Positions 50,095-62,169 of a DNA stretch of 64,000 bases are shown here, piece by piece. Under the pieces are notes generated by a model. It had not been told where the DNA came from. It saw only the letters and a program-made list of their open reading frames with translations, and searched no databases. Numbering within the stretch: the first letter of the stretch is position 1; every line of letters begins with the position of its first letter. The DNA comes from Octopus sinensis (lineage: Eukaryota): NCBI RefSeq assembly GCF_006345805.1, contig NC_043001.1, positions 62,248,001 through 62,312,000 of the forward strand, in the 5' to 3' direction. The translations under genes were made by a program, and so were the position numbers.

Positions 50095-50619
50095 TTTCAG
50101 GAAAAAAATTATTCCACGTCCTCCAACGAATTCGAACTCACCACCTCTTCACTTGAAATAAACACACCAGAATAATCACACCTGAATAACTCCAAATAAC
50201 TCACTCAAAGACTGGAAGCCTGAGACGGATATTTGTCTGAGAACCCTTGTTTTATAAGGTTTATGTGGCTCCCAATGAACTTCAGAAATGGAAAGCTGTG
50301 ATTGGCTGCTTGGAACTATGGCGCGAAAATAAACGGAGGCAAATCGCCCCAAGTGATAACCAGCGGTGCGAACGTAGTAGAGACCAACGTGTCAGCCAAT
50401 CGAATTAGTGTTTACAACAATGTTGAACTAGCCGAAGATGTTTGTAATCTCGACCGAGGTTATTCCTAATACTCATCTCAAACAGTGAAGATAGCAATGA
50501 GAGACGATATTGCTACACACCCATGTTTGCATATCCCGAATCTTCGGTCACATGGTCCAATTACATTACACCAGAATTTCATTAATTTGTCACCTGATAG
50601 CCGGGTCATCATCAAGAGA

Positions 50620-52700
50620 TTCCAGAGGATTTTATGGGGCAAAAGAGGCAATTGCCCTGGACCCCCTACCATGAGCAGCAAGCTTGCATGAAGAGGGCCA
50701 CCCCTCTCTACTTCTTAAAAAAAGTCTGCGTAAAGAAATCTTTAAAAAATACCACATTTTCTCCACTTTAGCGCAATAAAGTTGTCCGAAAAGGAGATTT
50801 AAATCCTGAGAATAAAACAAGGAGATAGATGAACAAAAAATAACAACGAGAAACAAAGTAACGAAAATGAAAGCATTCTGAAAAATATTCAGTATTTCTA
50901 TTAAAGTAGGTAGATAGAAACGGTTTGAACCTGCAATGACCCATCAATTATTCTATTTGACATTGAAGTCTTTTGGTATGCTGGTCATATTTATGAGAAA
51001 AAGGTAAGGGTGATTGGCTTCCAAAATGGTAATTTTTAATTTACCGTTTTAATTATAATAGTATCTCTTTTGCGTAACAGCACCCTACATGTAAAAGCAG
51101 TTTTTAAAAAATATTTTCTTGCATTTTTTGTTTTTCTTTATATGACTTTTGAAATTTTTGTATTCCATTAAACCTATTCTTTTTCTTTATTTATTTTTCT
51201 ATATTTTTCATCATTACCACCTTATCAGTTTGTTGTTATTGTTATTTTCGTGTTTCGTTCGCAAAAAATTTTTACTGGTGCTAGTACTAATCTTCAACTT
51301 TATTTTTCGATTTGTTTCTGGGCGCCAGCTTTCAACTATCTCTGTTGAACATTAGTTCTTATTTCAGCGGATATCCACAACTATAGGTTCCTAGTCGTAA
51401 ATAAGTGAATTTTTAAAAAGTCAGAAAAACATGTCAAAATATAAAAATAGATTCAATGACGTCACTTGCAATCTATTAAATGCAATCCGAAATACCCTCA
51501 CAAAATGATTTGAACCGTTACATCTGCAGACGCTATTTTTTAGCAAAAGTAAAAATTTGGCTATGAGCTCAAATACCGTTACATGGTTGTTTGAAATCAA
51601 GAGTGACCCACGAAATATACAATTCCTTTTCTAGCTGTGGCCGTGATATTTCTAGCCTTACATTTAGAGGCAGTGAACAGATCATAATATCTAAACACAT
51701 TGAGAATTTGGGGGGAGTTATAGAACTTGTTGCATAATTGGATCACTTGAAAACATTTAGCAATCACGGAACTGGTAAGCATTGTCTGTTTCTCTAGACA
51801 TAACGCCAGACCATGCTCATGTTGATCAGCTAACAGTTATTGTGCGTTATGCTGTTTCTGGGAAGCCAATAGAAAGGACTTTAACTTTCCTGCAAACTGA
51901 TTCCTACAAAGCTGAAGTACTGGTTACATCTGGGTTACAATTTCTTTAAAAATATATATATATATATATTGAAGACTGGAGAGACAGTCCTATGATTGCG
52001 CCAATAATATATCCTATCACGGCACAGGAATGCAAGCCAGATTTTTTAAAAAAAGGAACTTGACTACAATTTTCATTCCCTGTGCTGCTCATTCGACTAA
52101 TCTTGTTGAACATGCCACTGCTTTTTGCTGTGTGTAAGCTGGTAGCTACTTTGGTTTCATACAAAATTTATACACGTTTTTCTACGTTGACACACAGGTC
52201 GGCAAATTTAATGAAATCTTTGGAAGTTAGTCGGCATTGAAAATACACTCAATAATGTTGAAGAAGATTTAGAACACAAAACTGAAGGAAAATATGAAAC
52301 TCAGACAACTGGCAGCAAGATGGCTGTCTTGAAACTTCTCTAATAGCTAAGATCTGGAATTTAATTTTAATTTTAACAATAAAAGCTTTTCAGGGAGTTG
52401 AAGTTGATCTGAGCGATCTAATTGATTCCTTGAAATATTTTCTGAAATCACATCAGGAAGAGTTGTAATTGGATGCCAGAAACACAGAAACAAATAGACC
52501 AAGGAAGAGAATCAAATATAATGTAAATCTGGCATCAACCTCGGAGGAAGTTGTCATTTATGCATGAGAAAATTTCAGATGCATAACATTCAATATCATT
52601 TCAGATTAGTTGTTTGTCACTTTACAAAAATATAGGATAACCTAGCAATCAGGCGATATAGCATTAATGTTATTTAATGCTATTTCACCTGATGAAATGA
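50620..52700 (+). pseudogene. Fossil hAT (DUF4371/ZMYM-like) transposase and element
   Basis: Remnant motifs AVIFLA..FRG, GVIELVA, HVDQLTVIVRY, PIER, QSYD, FIPCAAHS.NL; GC-rich subterminal-like sequence near 50635. Confidence 0.75.
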
Positions 52701-53829
52701 ATGCATGAACATGATCTACCCAATGTCCATGGATACTATAGGTTGTACTGTAATCATTCTAGGAATATGAACTATGATCTTGTAACGGTAGAAATTTATT
52801 AGTTAACAATGTTATTAAATGTCGTGTCGGAGTCAATCGTAGCGATAAAAATTTTGTTGTTATAATTGCATACTGTAAGATGTGTAAGATGAGCAATGCA
52901 TGAAATTTAAGGAAATGTTTATTTACCGTTACGTTACAATACCTTGCCTCGACGGGCAGGTTTTGATACATCTAAAAGCATGTGAAGTAACGTTTGTGCA
53001 TGTGTCCTCTTCATTGTTTAGTAGTAGTAATTACCGAGAGAGATAGAATGATGTTGTAAGGGACAGAATTAGAGCTAGAGGCAATTGTAGGGTGTTGTCT
53101 GACAGTTGCTGGTAGGAATTTTCATTTCTCTCGCTGGCCAATATATTCTAGCAGTCCTTTCCTTAACTGATTGAGTCGTCACGAACTGCCTCGTTCAGTT
53201 GTCGACAAGTGACTAACTGATTTTTGCTTGGGGTGTGCTTGCTTATATAAAGATCTAGAAGGATAGGTATATCATTGAGAACAATAGATTTAGTTGGTGG
53301 TCTTGTTATCTCTATGCTAGCTTTTGGTGAAATAGAAGCGGTTAGAAAGGGTCAAGTAGAAAAAAACATTATTTCGGCCTAGCTAAAGGCATCTGGAAAA
53401 TGTAAAACTGTTGTCAGAGAAAAACCATTGTTCCACCATGGGAACAGTTCTGTTGCAGCGTTAATTTAAATTTGGCTATGGTGGATCGAATCCATTTCAT
53501 GCATGCAAGATTCACTACATTTTTAAGAAACATGTGATTTGTGGCAACGTGCGTAGTGATGCACTGAAGTATTTATAAATTCCATCCAAGGATTATTATT
53601 GTTATTACTATATTTATCCTACATTGTATCGACACAACTCGGTATGAATCTTAACTGGCTGGTATCGCCAGTTAGCATCATAAGGCTGTAGCCGGTATAA
53701 TAGAATAGGAGCTTTTATATGCATATTCAAAACGTTTTCCGCAGACAAACTAAAATGATGTATGTATGTATGTATAAGATATAGGACAGCGCAAAAACCT
53801 TTCAACCTCAAAAGACTTTGTACCAAAAC

Positions 53830-54990
53830 GGAAGTTTTTCCTTCTCACATCATTCTTGCATGCAGATGATCGTGACTTGTTAGCACATTCCAAGAAAGAT
53901 ATGCAACACATGATGAATGCAGTGTTGGGCCTTACAATTAACTTGAAGAAAACTGTTCTGATATATCAACCTGCCCCCTCTAAGCTGTATATGGAACTTT
54001 CTGTAACTGTATATGGACAAAGGTTAGAAGTTGTAACCAAACTTATCTATTTAGGAAGTACTCTGAGTACTGCTGGTCTTGATAATGAAATTTCGTATAG
54101 AATCAGCAAAGCTAATGGTGCCTTTGGTAGGCTTGGCAAGCGTCTCTGGTCACGCCGTAGTATATCTATCCAAATTAAAGTTAGGGTTTATAGCACGTGT
54201 TCTGCCATCATTGCTCTATGGAAGTGAGACATGGGTTATTTATCATAAGCATTTGAAGTATTTGAAACGAATTCATCAACATTGTCTTCAGATAATTTTG
54301 GGGATAAACTGGAGAATGACGATCAGTAATGTAGAGGCACTTGAGAGAAGTCGTAGAAGTGTCGAATCGACCATTCTGCAAAATCGTTTGAAGTGGGATG
54401 GACATCTGGTGAGAACAAATGATAAAAGACTTCCTAAGCAAATTTTGTATGGTGAGTTGGAAGATCATAAAAGGCCAGCACATAAACTCAAAATGAGGTT
54501 CAAAGACTACCTTAAAACTTCTTTGACACAAACAGGAATTGCAGAATTTAATTGGGAGAAAAAAGCATAAGACTGAAATGGATGGAAGAAAAGAGTGCCC
54601 AGTGGTTGCTCAAAATTTGAAAGAGAGAGAATAAAGCACGAGAAGATCAGAAAAAAGCTTACAAAGAATGAACCAGTAGAAATTGAAGGCGTGTTGATTT
54701 TTACGTGTGTGGTTTGCAGGAGGAAATGCTTAAGTTGTACAAGTCTGGTCAGCCATCAAAGAAGCCACAGGAATCAACCCCTTATAAATTGTGATACAGT
54801 TATTGTTCACAACAGAACATATACAACCTGTGGAAAGGTGTGCCGTTCAGTTGGAGGAGTAAAATGACATGTCAAAAAAACTTTGTACTGTGGAACCGGT
54901 TCCTTCTACCAGCCAGCACAACCGTGCATTTTGCAGTAAAATGTGCAAATCTTTGTCAGAGCTCACGAGTCATATAAGGACCTCACATTG
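53830..54990 (+). mobile_element. RTE-clade LINE 3' part (RT C-terminus plus zinc fingers), frameshifted
   Basis: HADD, YLGSTLS, LLYGSETW, RLKWDGHL, CVVCRRKC...HQRSH. Confidence 0.85.
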
Positions 54991-55747
54991 CATTATCAAT
55001 GACTCATTTCAATGATTCTTTCTAGCAATGACTTTATATCCGAGAAACCAGCCACTATGTATGTGTGTATTACGCATGCATGCATGCATTCATACATACA
55101 TATATACATACGTATGTACATACGTCCGGCTACTTATCCCAACAGTATTTACAGCTGACGTCACAAAAATGAACAATCTTGTTAATGGCACAAAATTGTG
55201 ATAATTTGAGACCGATAACTGATGAAGGATGAGCATGTTTACAGTGATCTGTGCCGAGTGAATGCTTCTAAGAGTTACCTGACAAAATTGAATTTTTCAG
55301 CTAAAAATGCAATTTGAGAAGCGTATTAATTATGAGTGGCTTAAAAATATTTTGAAACCGGATTATTGAATCTTAACCAAATACAATGCAGTAGTAAAGA
55401 CAACTGTTTATGGAAGATATATAGCATCACAAGACACAACAAAAGTGTTATCAATATAATTTCTCCTGATGATGCAAGAAATCAATTTTTTTTTGCTGCT
55501 ACCACAACTGTAGCTATCATTCAAGATTTTGCAAAAGATTTTATGCTATTTTATGCTATCTATGACCAAGTGGAAAATAATTGTGCACTGGGATTAAACT
55601 TTTTTTTCTGATATTGACTGCAAGGAGAATTAAACCGTTACTTTAATTTACGTTACTTTAATTTTTGCTGTATGTTACGAGAAGGTATGTATTCTATTTC
55701 CTCATGGAAACTACTGTCTTTCCTAGTATTGTTGTCACCTTTGTGAA

Positions 55748-56010
55748 GGAGCGTGGCCTAGTGATTAGGGCATTCGGCTCACAATCGTAAGGTCATGAGT
55801 TCAATTCCCGGCGAGCTGGCAAGAATGAGTAGTACCTGTATTTCAAAAGGGCCGGCCTTGTCACATTCTGTGTCACGCTGAATCTCCCTGAGAACTACGT
55901 TAAAGGTACATATGTTTGTGGAATGCTCAGCCACTTGCACGTTAATTTCACGAGTAGGCTGTTCCGTTGATCGTATCAGCTGGGAACCTCGTCGTCGTAA
56001 CCGACGGAGT
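55748..56010 (+). mobile_element. tRNA-headed SINE (different family)
   Basis: A-box TGGCCTAGTGA, B-box GAGTTCAATTCC, T/A-rich end. Confidence 0.65.
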
Positions 56011-56639
56011 GCTCCTTTTTTTTTTTTTTAAGTAGTGTTGATGCACTTCTAAGAAAATGTTAGAAATACACCAAGAAGTGTTATTCACTGAATCTTTCAA
56101 TACTAGAGGTAGGTTGACTGTAATTTAACGCCTGGCTTTCTTATAAAGGCAATGTTTACCCTTTGAATCTATTCAAATCTAAAATGTTGTCTTTTTAGCT
56201 GTGTTATGTCTAACATAATATTTCAAAAACTAACTACATTGATGTTGGTTTTGTTATTCTTTAGATACATTCACAAGATCTTTCCTAAATGTCACGATGA
56301 CACTCCACAATTTCTGTTTCCACTGAATGCACTTTTTGTTCACCTTTTCCAGGAAGGAAAGAATTCCTTCGGTTCAACAGGGCAATTTCATTCAGAAAAT
56401 TCCCACGGAGATAATATATTGGCAAAAAATTGTCTTTAGCAGAGTAGCATGCGAGGCACTTTTTACACTCAAGTATCACTGACATTCCTACCACCATGCT
56501 TGACATACGACTTCCCGTTATGTGCTATATTTCCAGTTTGCCTGAAATGACTGTTAAATTAGCTCAATAACATAGAAAAACATTTTTCATTCATGTTTAA
56601 ATATCTTTATCTTACCGTTGATTTCAGGGCATCTTCTCT

Positions 56640-57470
56640 GGTTCCTTCAGTGATTCTGAAACCATGCAAACAGCATTGTTGTTTGCATCCCCTCCCTGTA
56701 CAGGACATCCAGCAATTTGGTTATCCCAGTTTGAAGCGAATTTTTGCTGCTTATAAAATTTCATCAGACACAAGTCAATTTCATTTGCTAGACAATGTTT
56801 TGCCATCTGCCTTGAGTGGGGAAGTGAAAGATTCAATCACTAGTAATTTGGAACAACCATCATTATTAAACTATGAAATTAGAGATCCTTAGACGTATTT
56901 CTAAGTCCTAACAAAAAAAGGCTTCATCAGCTATTACATACAGTGACACCCAAGGTGATCAATGACTTTCATAATTGCTACAACGCATACAAGGTTCAGT
57001 TGGAGATAATCTGCTAGATGATATGTTATAACAACTTTTCTTGCCTTCTAACTAATGTACCAGCAATTTTAACTACTATAAGGAAACAAAGTTCCATACA
57101 GAAACTTAGAGAACTAGCTGATGGTATCATGGACATTTCAAGTGCCAACAATCCTGAAACTTATTTGTTTATATCTTTGATATCTTCAGATATAACCTTA
57201 TTTCATAAGTCAACAGACAAACTCTGACATTAGGAGCTCCCAAGATATCGTCCGCACGTGAAGTCTGGTAGCCATAGAAATAAAAGAAGGCAATCTTCCA
57301 GTCCCCGGAGAGGTTATTTTTCTTTCTGCTGGTACCACAGTCATTTTGGTATAAATGCACATGCATGTATTTCTCCTCACGAGATTCTTCAGCAGCTTCC
57401 AAGCATTACTTGTACAATATTCCATAAGATTCCTAACCAGCATGTAATCACTGCCCACCACAATCTCTGT
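56640..57470 (+). pseudogene. Gypsy/Ty3 gag remnant
   Basis: PAIWLSQFEANF, KISSDTSQF..., LADGIMDI and RQSSSPRR...CWYHSHFGINAHAC. Confidence 0.7.
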
Positions 57471-58017
57471 GAAATGTATGACTGAGTGGAAAGAATAAGT
57501 TAATTTTTTGTAGACTAATTAACCCTTTCGATAGTAACCCGCCGTAGCCAGCCGAAAAATTTTTTGGTTCATAAGTCCAACCCAGCTGAGAGTACCCATT
57601 AAATGTGAATTTAAGCACAAATCTCATTAGTACATTCGTGAAAATACATGATTTCACTTTGTAAATAGTTGAGTTGGTGAATTTTGGGAGATTTTTTTCC
57701 ACATTTTTTTTGGCGTCATTTATATTTTCGACTTTGAAAATGGACAGGAGTTTCATGCTATCAAGTAGTGATTCCAAATTTAAAGGTTTTTCAACAGAAA
57801 ATATGGAGATATTGAAAAAAAGAATGAATGAGGTACAAAAGCATGTGGTGTACGAGAATCATCATCATCGTTTAGCGTCCGCTTTCCATGCTGGCATGGG
57901 TTGGACGGTTCAACTGGGGTCTGAGAAGCCAGAAGGCTACACCAGGCCCAGTCTGATCTGGCAATGTTTCTACGGCTGGATGCCCTTCCTAACGCCAACC
58001 ACTCCGTGAGTGTAGTG

Positions 58018-58290
58018 GGTGCTTTTTACGTGCCACCGGCACAGGTGCCAGACGAGGCTGGCAAACGGCCACGATCGGATGGTGCTTTTTATGTGCCACC
58101 GGCACAGGGGCCAGGCCAGGCTGGCAAACGGCCACGATCGGATGGTGCTTTTTACATGCCACCAGCACAGGGGCCAGGCGAGGCTGGCAACGGCCACGAT
58201 CGGATGGTGCTTTTTACGTGCCACCAGCACGGAGGGTAGTCGGGGCGGCACTGGCAACGGCCACGTTCGGATGGTTCTCTTATATGCTAC
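58018..58290. repeat. 62-63-bp minisatellite, about 4.3 units, inside the RTE 3'UTR
   Basis: Units start at 58018, 58081, 58144 and 58206. Confidence 0.9.
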
Positions 58291-58438
58291 TGGCACTGGT
58301 ATCACAGCTACAATTTCCATTGATGTTAATCAATTTTGATTTTGATTTTCGCTTGCCTCAACAGGTCTTCACAAGTAGAGTTTTGTGTCCCAAGAAGGAA
58401 AGGTATGCATAAGTGGACTGAGGTCACGGGTTATGGTC

Positions 58439-59659
58439 TCACTTGTCCTGCCAGGTCTTCTCATGCACAGCATACTTCCAAAGGTCTCGGTCTCTAGCCA
58501 TTTCCTCGGTGAGACCTAAAGTTCGAAGGTCGTGTTTCACCACTTCATTCCAGGTTTTCCTGGGTCTACCTCTTCCACAGCTTTCCTCAACCGCTAGGGT
58601 GTGGCACTTTTTCACACAACTATCTTCATCCATTCTCGCCACATGACCATACCAGCGCAAACATCTCTCTTGCACACCACAACTGATGCTTCTTAGGTCC
58701 AACTTTTCTTTCAAGGTACTTACACTCTGTCGAGTATGAACACTGACATCACACATCCATCGGAGCATACTGGCTTCATTTCTTGCGAGCTTACGCATAT
58801 CCTCAGCAGTCACGGCCCATATTTCACTGCCATGTAGCATGGCTGTTCGTACACATGCGTCATACAGTCTGCCTTTTACTCTGAGCGAGAGGCCTTTTGT
58901 CCCTAGCAGAGGTAAGAGCTCTCTGAACTTTGCCCAGGCTATTCTTACTCTAGCAGTTACACTTTCAACACACCCGCCCCCACTACTGACTTGGTCACCT
59001 AGGCAACGGAAGCTATCAACTATTTCTAGATTTTCTCCCTGTAATGTGGCAGAAGTTGGTCTCTGCACATTTCCAGTGTTTATTGCTCCTGAGCATCTGC
59101 CACAGACAAAAACTATTTTCCTAGTTAGCCTTCCCTTGATGTTGCTGCACCTCTTATGTGTCCATAGCTTACACTTGGTGCATCTTATAGAGTTTCTACC
59201 TACACCTTTTCTACAGATCGAGCAGGGCCATCTACCTGAAGGCGTTTGTGATTTGTCTACCTTCCTACTTATTAGGACTTTGGTTTTAGCTAGGTTGACT
59301 CTAAGGCCCTTCGATTCTAATCCTTGCTTCCACACCTGAAACTTCTCCTCCAGTTCTAATAGTGACTCAGCAATTAGACCAAGGTCATCAGCGTAGAGGA
59401 GCTCCCAGGGGCATCCTGTCTTGAATTCCTCCGTTATTGCCTGAAGGACTATGATAAATAGGAGGAGGCTGAGGACTGAGCCTTGGTGGACCCCTACCTC
59501 TACCCGGAATTCTTCAATGTACTCGTTGCCAACCCTCACCTTACTAGCAGCGTCCCTGTACATGGCTTGCACAGCTCTCACTAACCATTCATCTATCCCT
59601 AGTTTCCTCATTGACCACCAGATAAGGGATCGGGGGACCCTGTCGAAAGCTTTCTCCAT
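58439..59659 (-). CDS. Partial RT ORF with an embedded C4HC3 (PHD-like) finger
   Basis: EKAFDRVP, GVHQGSVLS, LYADDL; CSICRKGVGRNSIRCTKCKLWTHKRC...VCGRC. Confidence 0.85.
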   Translation of the reverse strand: MEKAFDRVPRSLIWWSMRKLGIDEWLVRAVQAMYRDAASKVRVGNEYIEEFRVEVGVHQGSVLSLLLFIIVLQAITEEFKTGCPWELLYADDLGLIAESLLELEEKFQVWKQGLESKGLRVNLAKTKVLISRKVDKSQTPSGRWPCSICRKGVGRNSIRCTKCKLWTHKRCSNIKGRLTRKIVFVCGRCSGAINTGNVQRPTSATLQGENLEIVDSFRCLGDQVSSGGGCVESVTARVRIAWAKFRELLPLLGTKGLSLRVKGRLYDACVRTAMLHGSEIWAVTAEDMRKLARNEASMLRWMCDVSVHTRQSVSTLKEKLDLRSISCGVQERCLRWYGHVARMDEDSCVKKCHTLAVEESCGRGRPRKTWNEVVKHDLRTLGLTEEMARDRDLWKYAVHEKTWQDK

Positions 59660-62169
59660 GTCAACGAAAGCCAGGTACAGGGGCTTATCTTTGGCTGGGA
59701 TATTTCTGTATCCGAAACCAAAAGCAGTGACTCTGAAGAAACTGAAATAGCGATAGTGACAGCAAAGACAATTTTACATCGGAATGAAGTAAAAACTTTA
59801 AAAATGTTTTTATTAGCAATTTTTCTATCCATAGTCTTTCTTAGGAAGCGAAACTGTTAGACTTTTATTTTTTTCAGTATGGTTGTTTGAAGTGATCACT
59901 GCAGAAACAAACTGTTACACAGAATGCAAACAAACAGTATATGCCAGGAAAGCCCACGAAATGAGGGATCAAAGTTTGGAAAATTTGTGAAGCAAATACT
60001 GGGTACTGCTGTGGATTTAGTTTTTAGTCAGCATGACCTAGGGTACGATGTGGTCTGGAATTTATCACTTCCATACCATAACCAGGGCTGTATGTTTTTT
60101 GACCGATTTTTTTTAGTTCAGTCAAACTTGCAGTGGATTTAGGGGGATTCCAGTATTTCTGTTTATTTCACCTTTATGGTACACCTGTTCTTTTGTGCAT
60201 TAAATTCAACTGATGATCTAGTGATGTGCACAATTCTTCTTTATCAAAATTTTGTTGCATACCCAATTGAATATTAGCTGATGATCCATTTTCTATGGTG
60301 ATGTTTAAACAAAACTTTAATATTTTTATCTTTTGCTCAGTTTACCTGGATTTACCTGTAATTAGAGTCACTTTGAGACAAAAGTTATGCAATAGAATTA
60401 ATTAAGAGCCCCTTCTTTAATTATGTTCCAAATATCACAATATGTTGATAAGTAAAAAAGTTATAGTTGTTTAATGAAACTAGTCTGAATTCATGATTAT
60501 TTTAGAATTTAATTGAAACTCATGAGGGGTATATTTTGGTCACAAATATAGTAATGAAAGGGTTAAAGAAATCAACAAGGAAGAGGTGCTAATTTCTCAC
60601 TCAATCAATCATACCTATGTCTTTTTTAGAATAACAATGTAGAAAAAGATTACACAGATTGAATTGAAATTTCATTTTATTTACTTAAAATTGTTTGAAT
60701 GATTGAAGATAGAATAGTTCTTAATGGTACTAAATAAAGCTTCACACCAAGTTGGCAATGCATTCAGGTGTTGATACAAGGTGTTCCGTTATCTTCTTCC
60801 TCACACCTAATTAGTGTCCATGTTTTCTGCTGGAAGTAATAAAAAAGATTACATAAGGAAAATTAATGTTAAAATAAAACACATTCAAGCACAGTTCTAA
60901 ATAATATAATGTTGATATTATTTTATTGGCATCAATGTGAAATAGTCATTACTTCATTTATATAGAATCATTATAAATTGCACATATGTAGGTATTTGAG
61001 CAGACTATAAATTAACCATGAAGGCAAGTAATATTTACATCAAGAGTTCTTAATCTATTTGTCATCACTGTCCACTTGTACACTGAGGAAATTAGCAGTT
61101 CAGCCCTCAATTACAGCAGCAGAAATACTGCAATTCAGGTGATAGAGGGATGAGTGCTAGAGAAATGATGGGTGGTAGGGAAAGCTTGAGAAGGAAACTA
61201 GGTAACAAACCCAGTTGTGTGTGTGTGTGTGCGCGCGTGCATGTAATAAGATGCTCAGGTAGCTCCACAAGGCTCGAGCTAAGTAGAAGTGGGTAGGTAA
61301 GTGGATTGTAAGTCTATGGGAAAATGAATGAGGAGTGGGGTTGCCAAAATGATTAAGTTTGAAGGGAGGGTGAGTCAAGAGCCATGAGCTGGGGATGATA
61401 GGGAGCGGCAGGAGAGTGAGGGACAGTAAGCAGCAGGGGTAAGAGGTAGACATAATGCATGAGGGGAGGGAGTCACTGTAACAGGTGGAGAACCCAAAAT
61501 ATAGTGCTCCCCAAACTTAGTTTTGCTGAGGAGGGCAAGTCTTTTGGAGAACCTCATATTGCCAGAAATCCCAGTCTTGTGCCATTTCATCCATCAGGCT
61601 TGGGCTCATAAAGGCAACTTTCACCACTGTAGGTTCTAGCCACATCATTTAATATCCATTTTTCCATGCATTCATGGGTCAGATGGAATTTCTATAAGCA
61701 TATTATCTACTGCCAGATGCCTTTCCTGTCACCAATGATAAGAGTATAAGTATTGCAGCGTTTCATTTTTTGAGAAAGGGTAATTTTCATTTCATTTTAT
61801 TTTATTTTATTTTATTAATGATAAAAATGATTTTAAAATGCACAAAGAGGACTTCAGTTATAAGTCAAATTCAATCTTACTCTCTGATCTAAAAAGTAAA
61901 AGAAAAGTTTTTAGAACTTTTGTTTGGACATTGTGCAACTGTCCAAACAAAAATCCAGGCCCTTTGTTTCCAGATCTCTATCAAACTGAATATGAAACTA
62001 CAAAAATCCCCTACCTTATGGGAATAATACATCTTGAAGTTAGCTTTTACACCTTGATCCACTGGCTAGAACAAACAAGTTGTATTCTAAGGGATATCTT
62101 CTACTCTCAAATTAGGAGAAAGCTCATTTAAGTTCACTAGGTAGTTTGATGTCTTGTCTAAAATGAGCA

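Larger units (their letters stand above)
43704..50228 (-). mobile_element. Head-to-tail array of a 1.7-kb ORF1-only non-autonomous retroelement: units 43704-45104 (3'-truncated), 45105-46810, 46811-48520 and 48521-50228
   Basis: Near-identical units of 1706-1710 bp, each with a 5'UTR of about 134 nt, one ORF and a 3'UTR of about 250 nt ending AATAAAGAAA. No RT or endonuclease sequence. Confidence 0.92.
57860..59696 (-). mobile_element. RTE-clade LINE, 5'-truncated, with long 3'UTR and (ATG)n tail
   Basis: ORF 58439-59659 and 3'UTR 57860-58438. Confidence 0.9.
57523..60562 (+). mobile_element. Fossil piggyBac element with a nested RTE LINE
   Basis: TTAA-CCCTTTC (57519) ... GAAAGGG-TTAA (60566); acidic Ser-rich N-terminus SSDSKFKGF / DISVSETKSSDSEE split by the RTE; LGYDVVWNL...FFDRFF. 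Confidence 0.65.

Noticed and set aside
50115-50140. B-box-like GAGTTCGAATTC in the 5'UTR of the ORF1-only element
   Set aside because: Imperfect match, no convincing A-box, and T runs immediately downstream would terminate Pol III.
43704-50228. Array as a pure assembly artefact, CRISPR-like array or ordinary satellite
   Set aside because: Units carry private substitutions (not only homopolymer indels), encode a full ORF, have no spacers, and a diverged independent copy exists nearby. Read-level confirmation of copy number is still needed.
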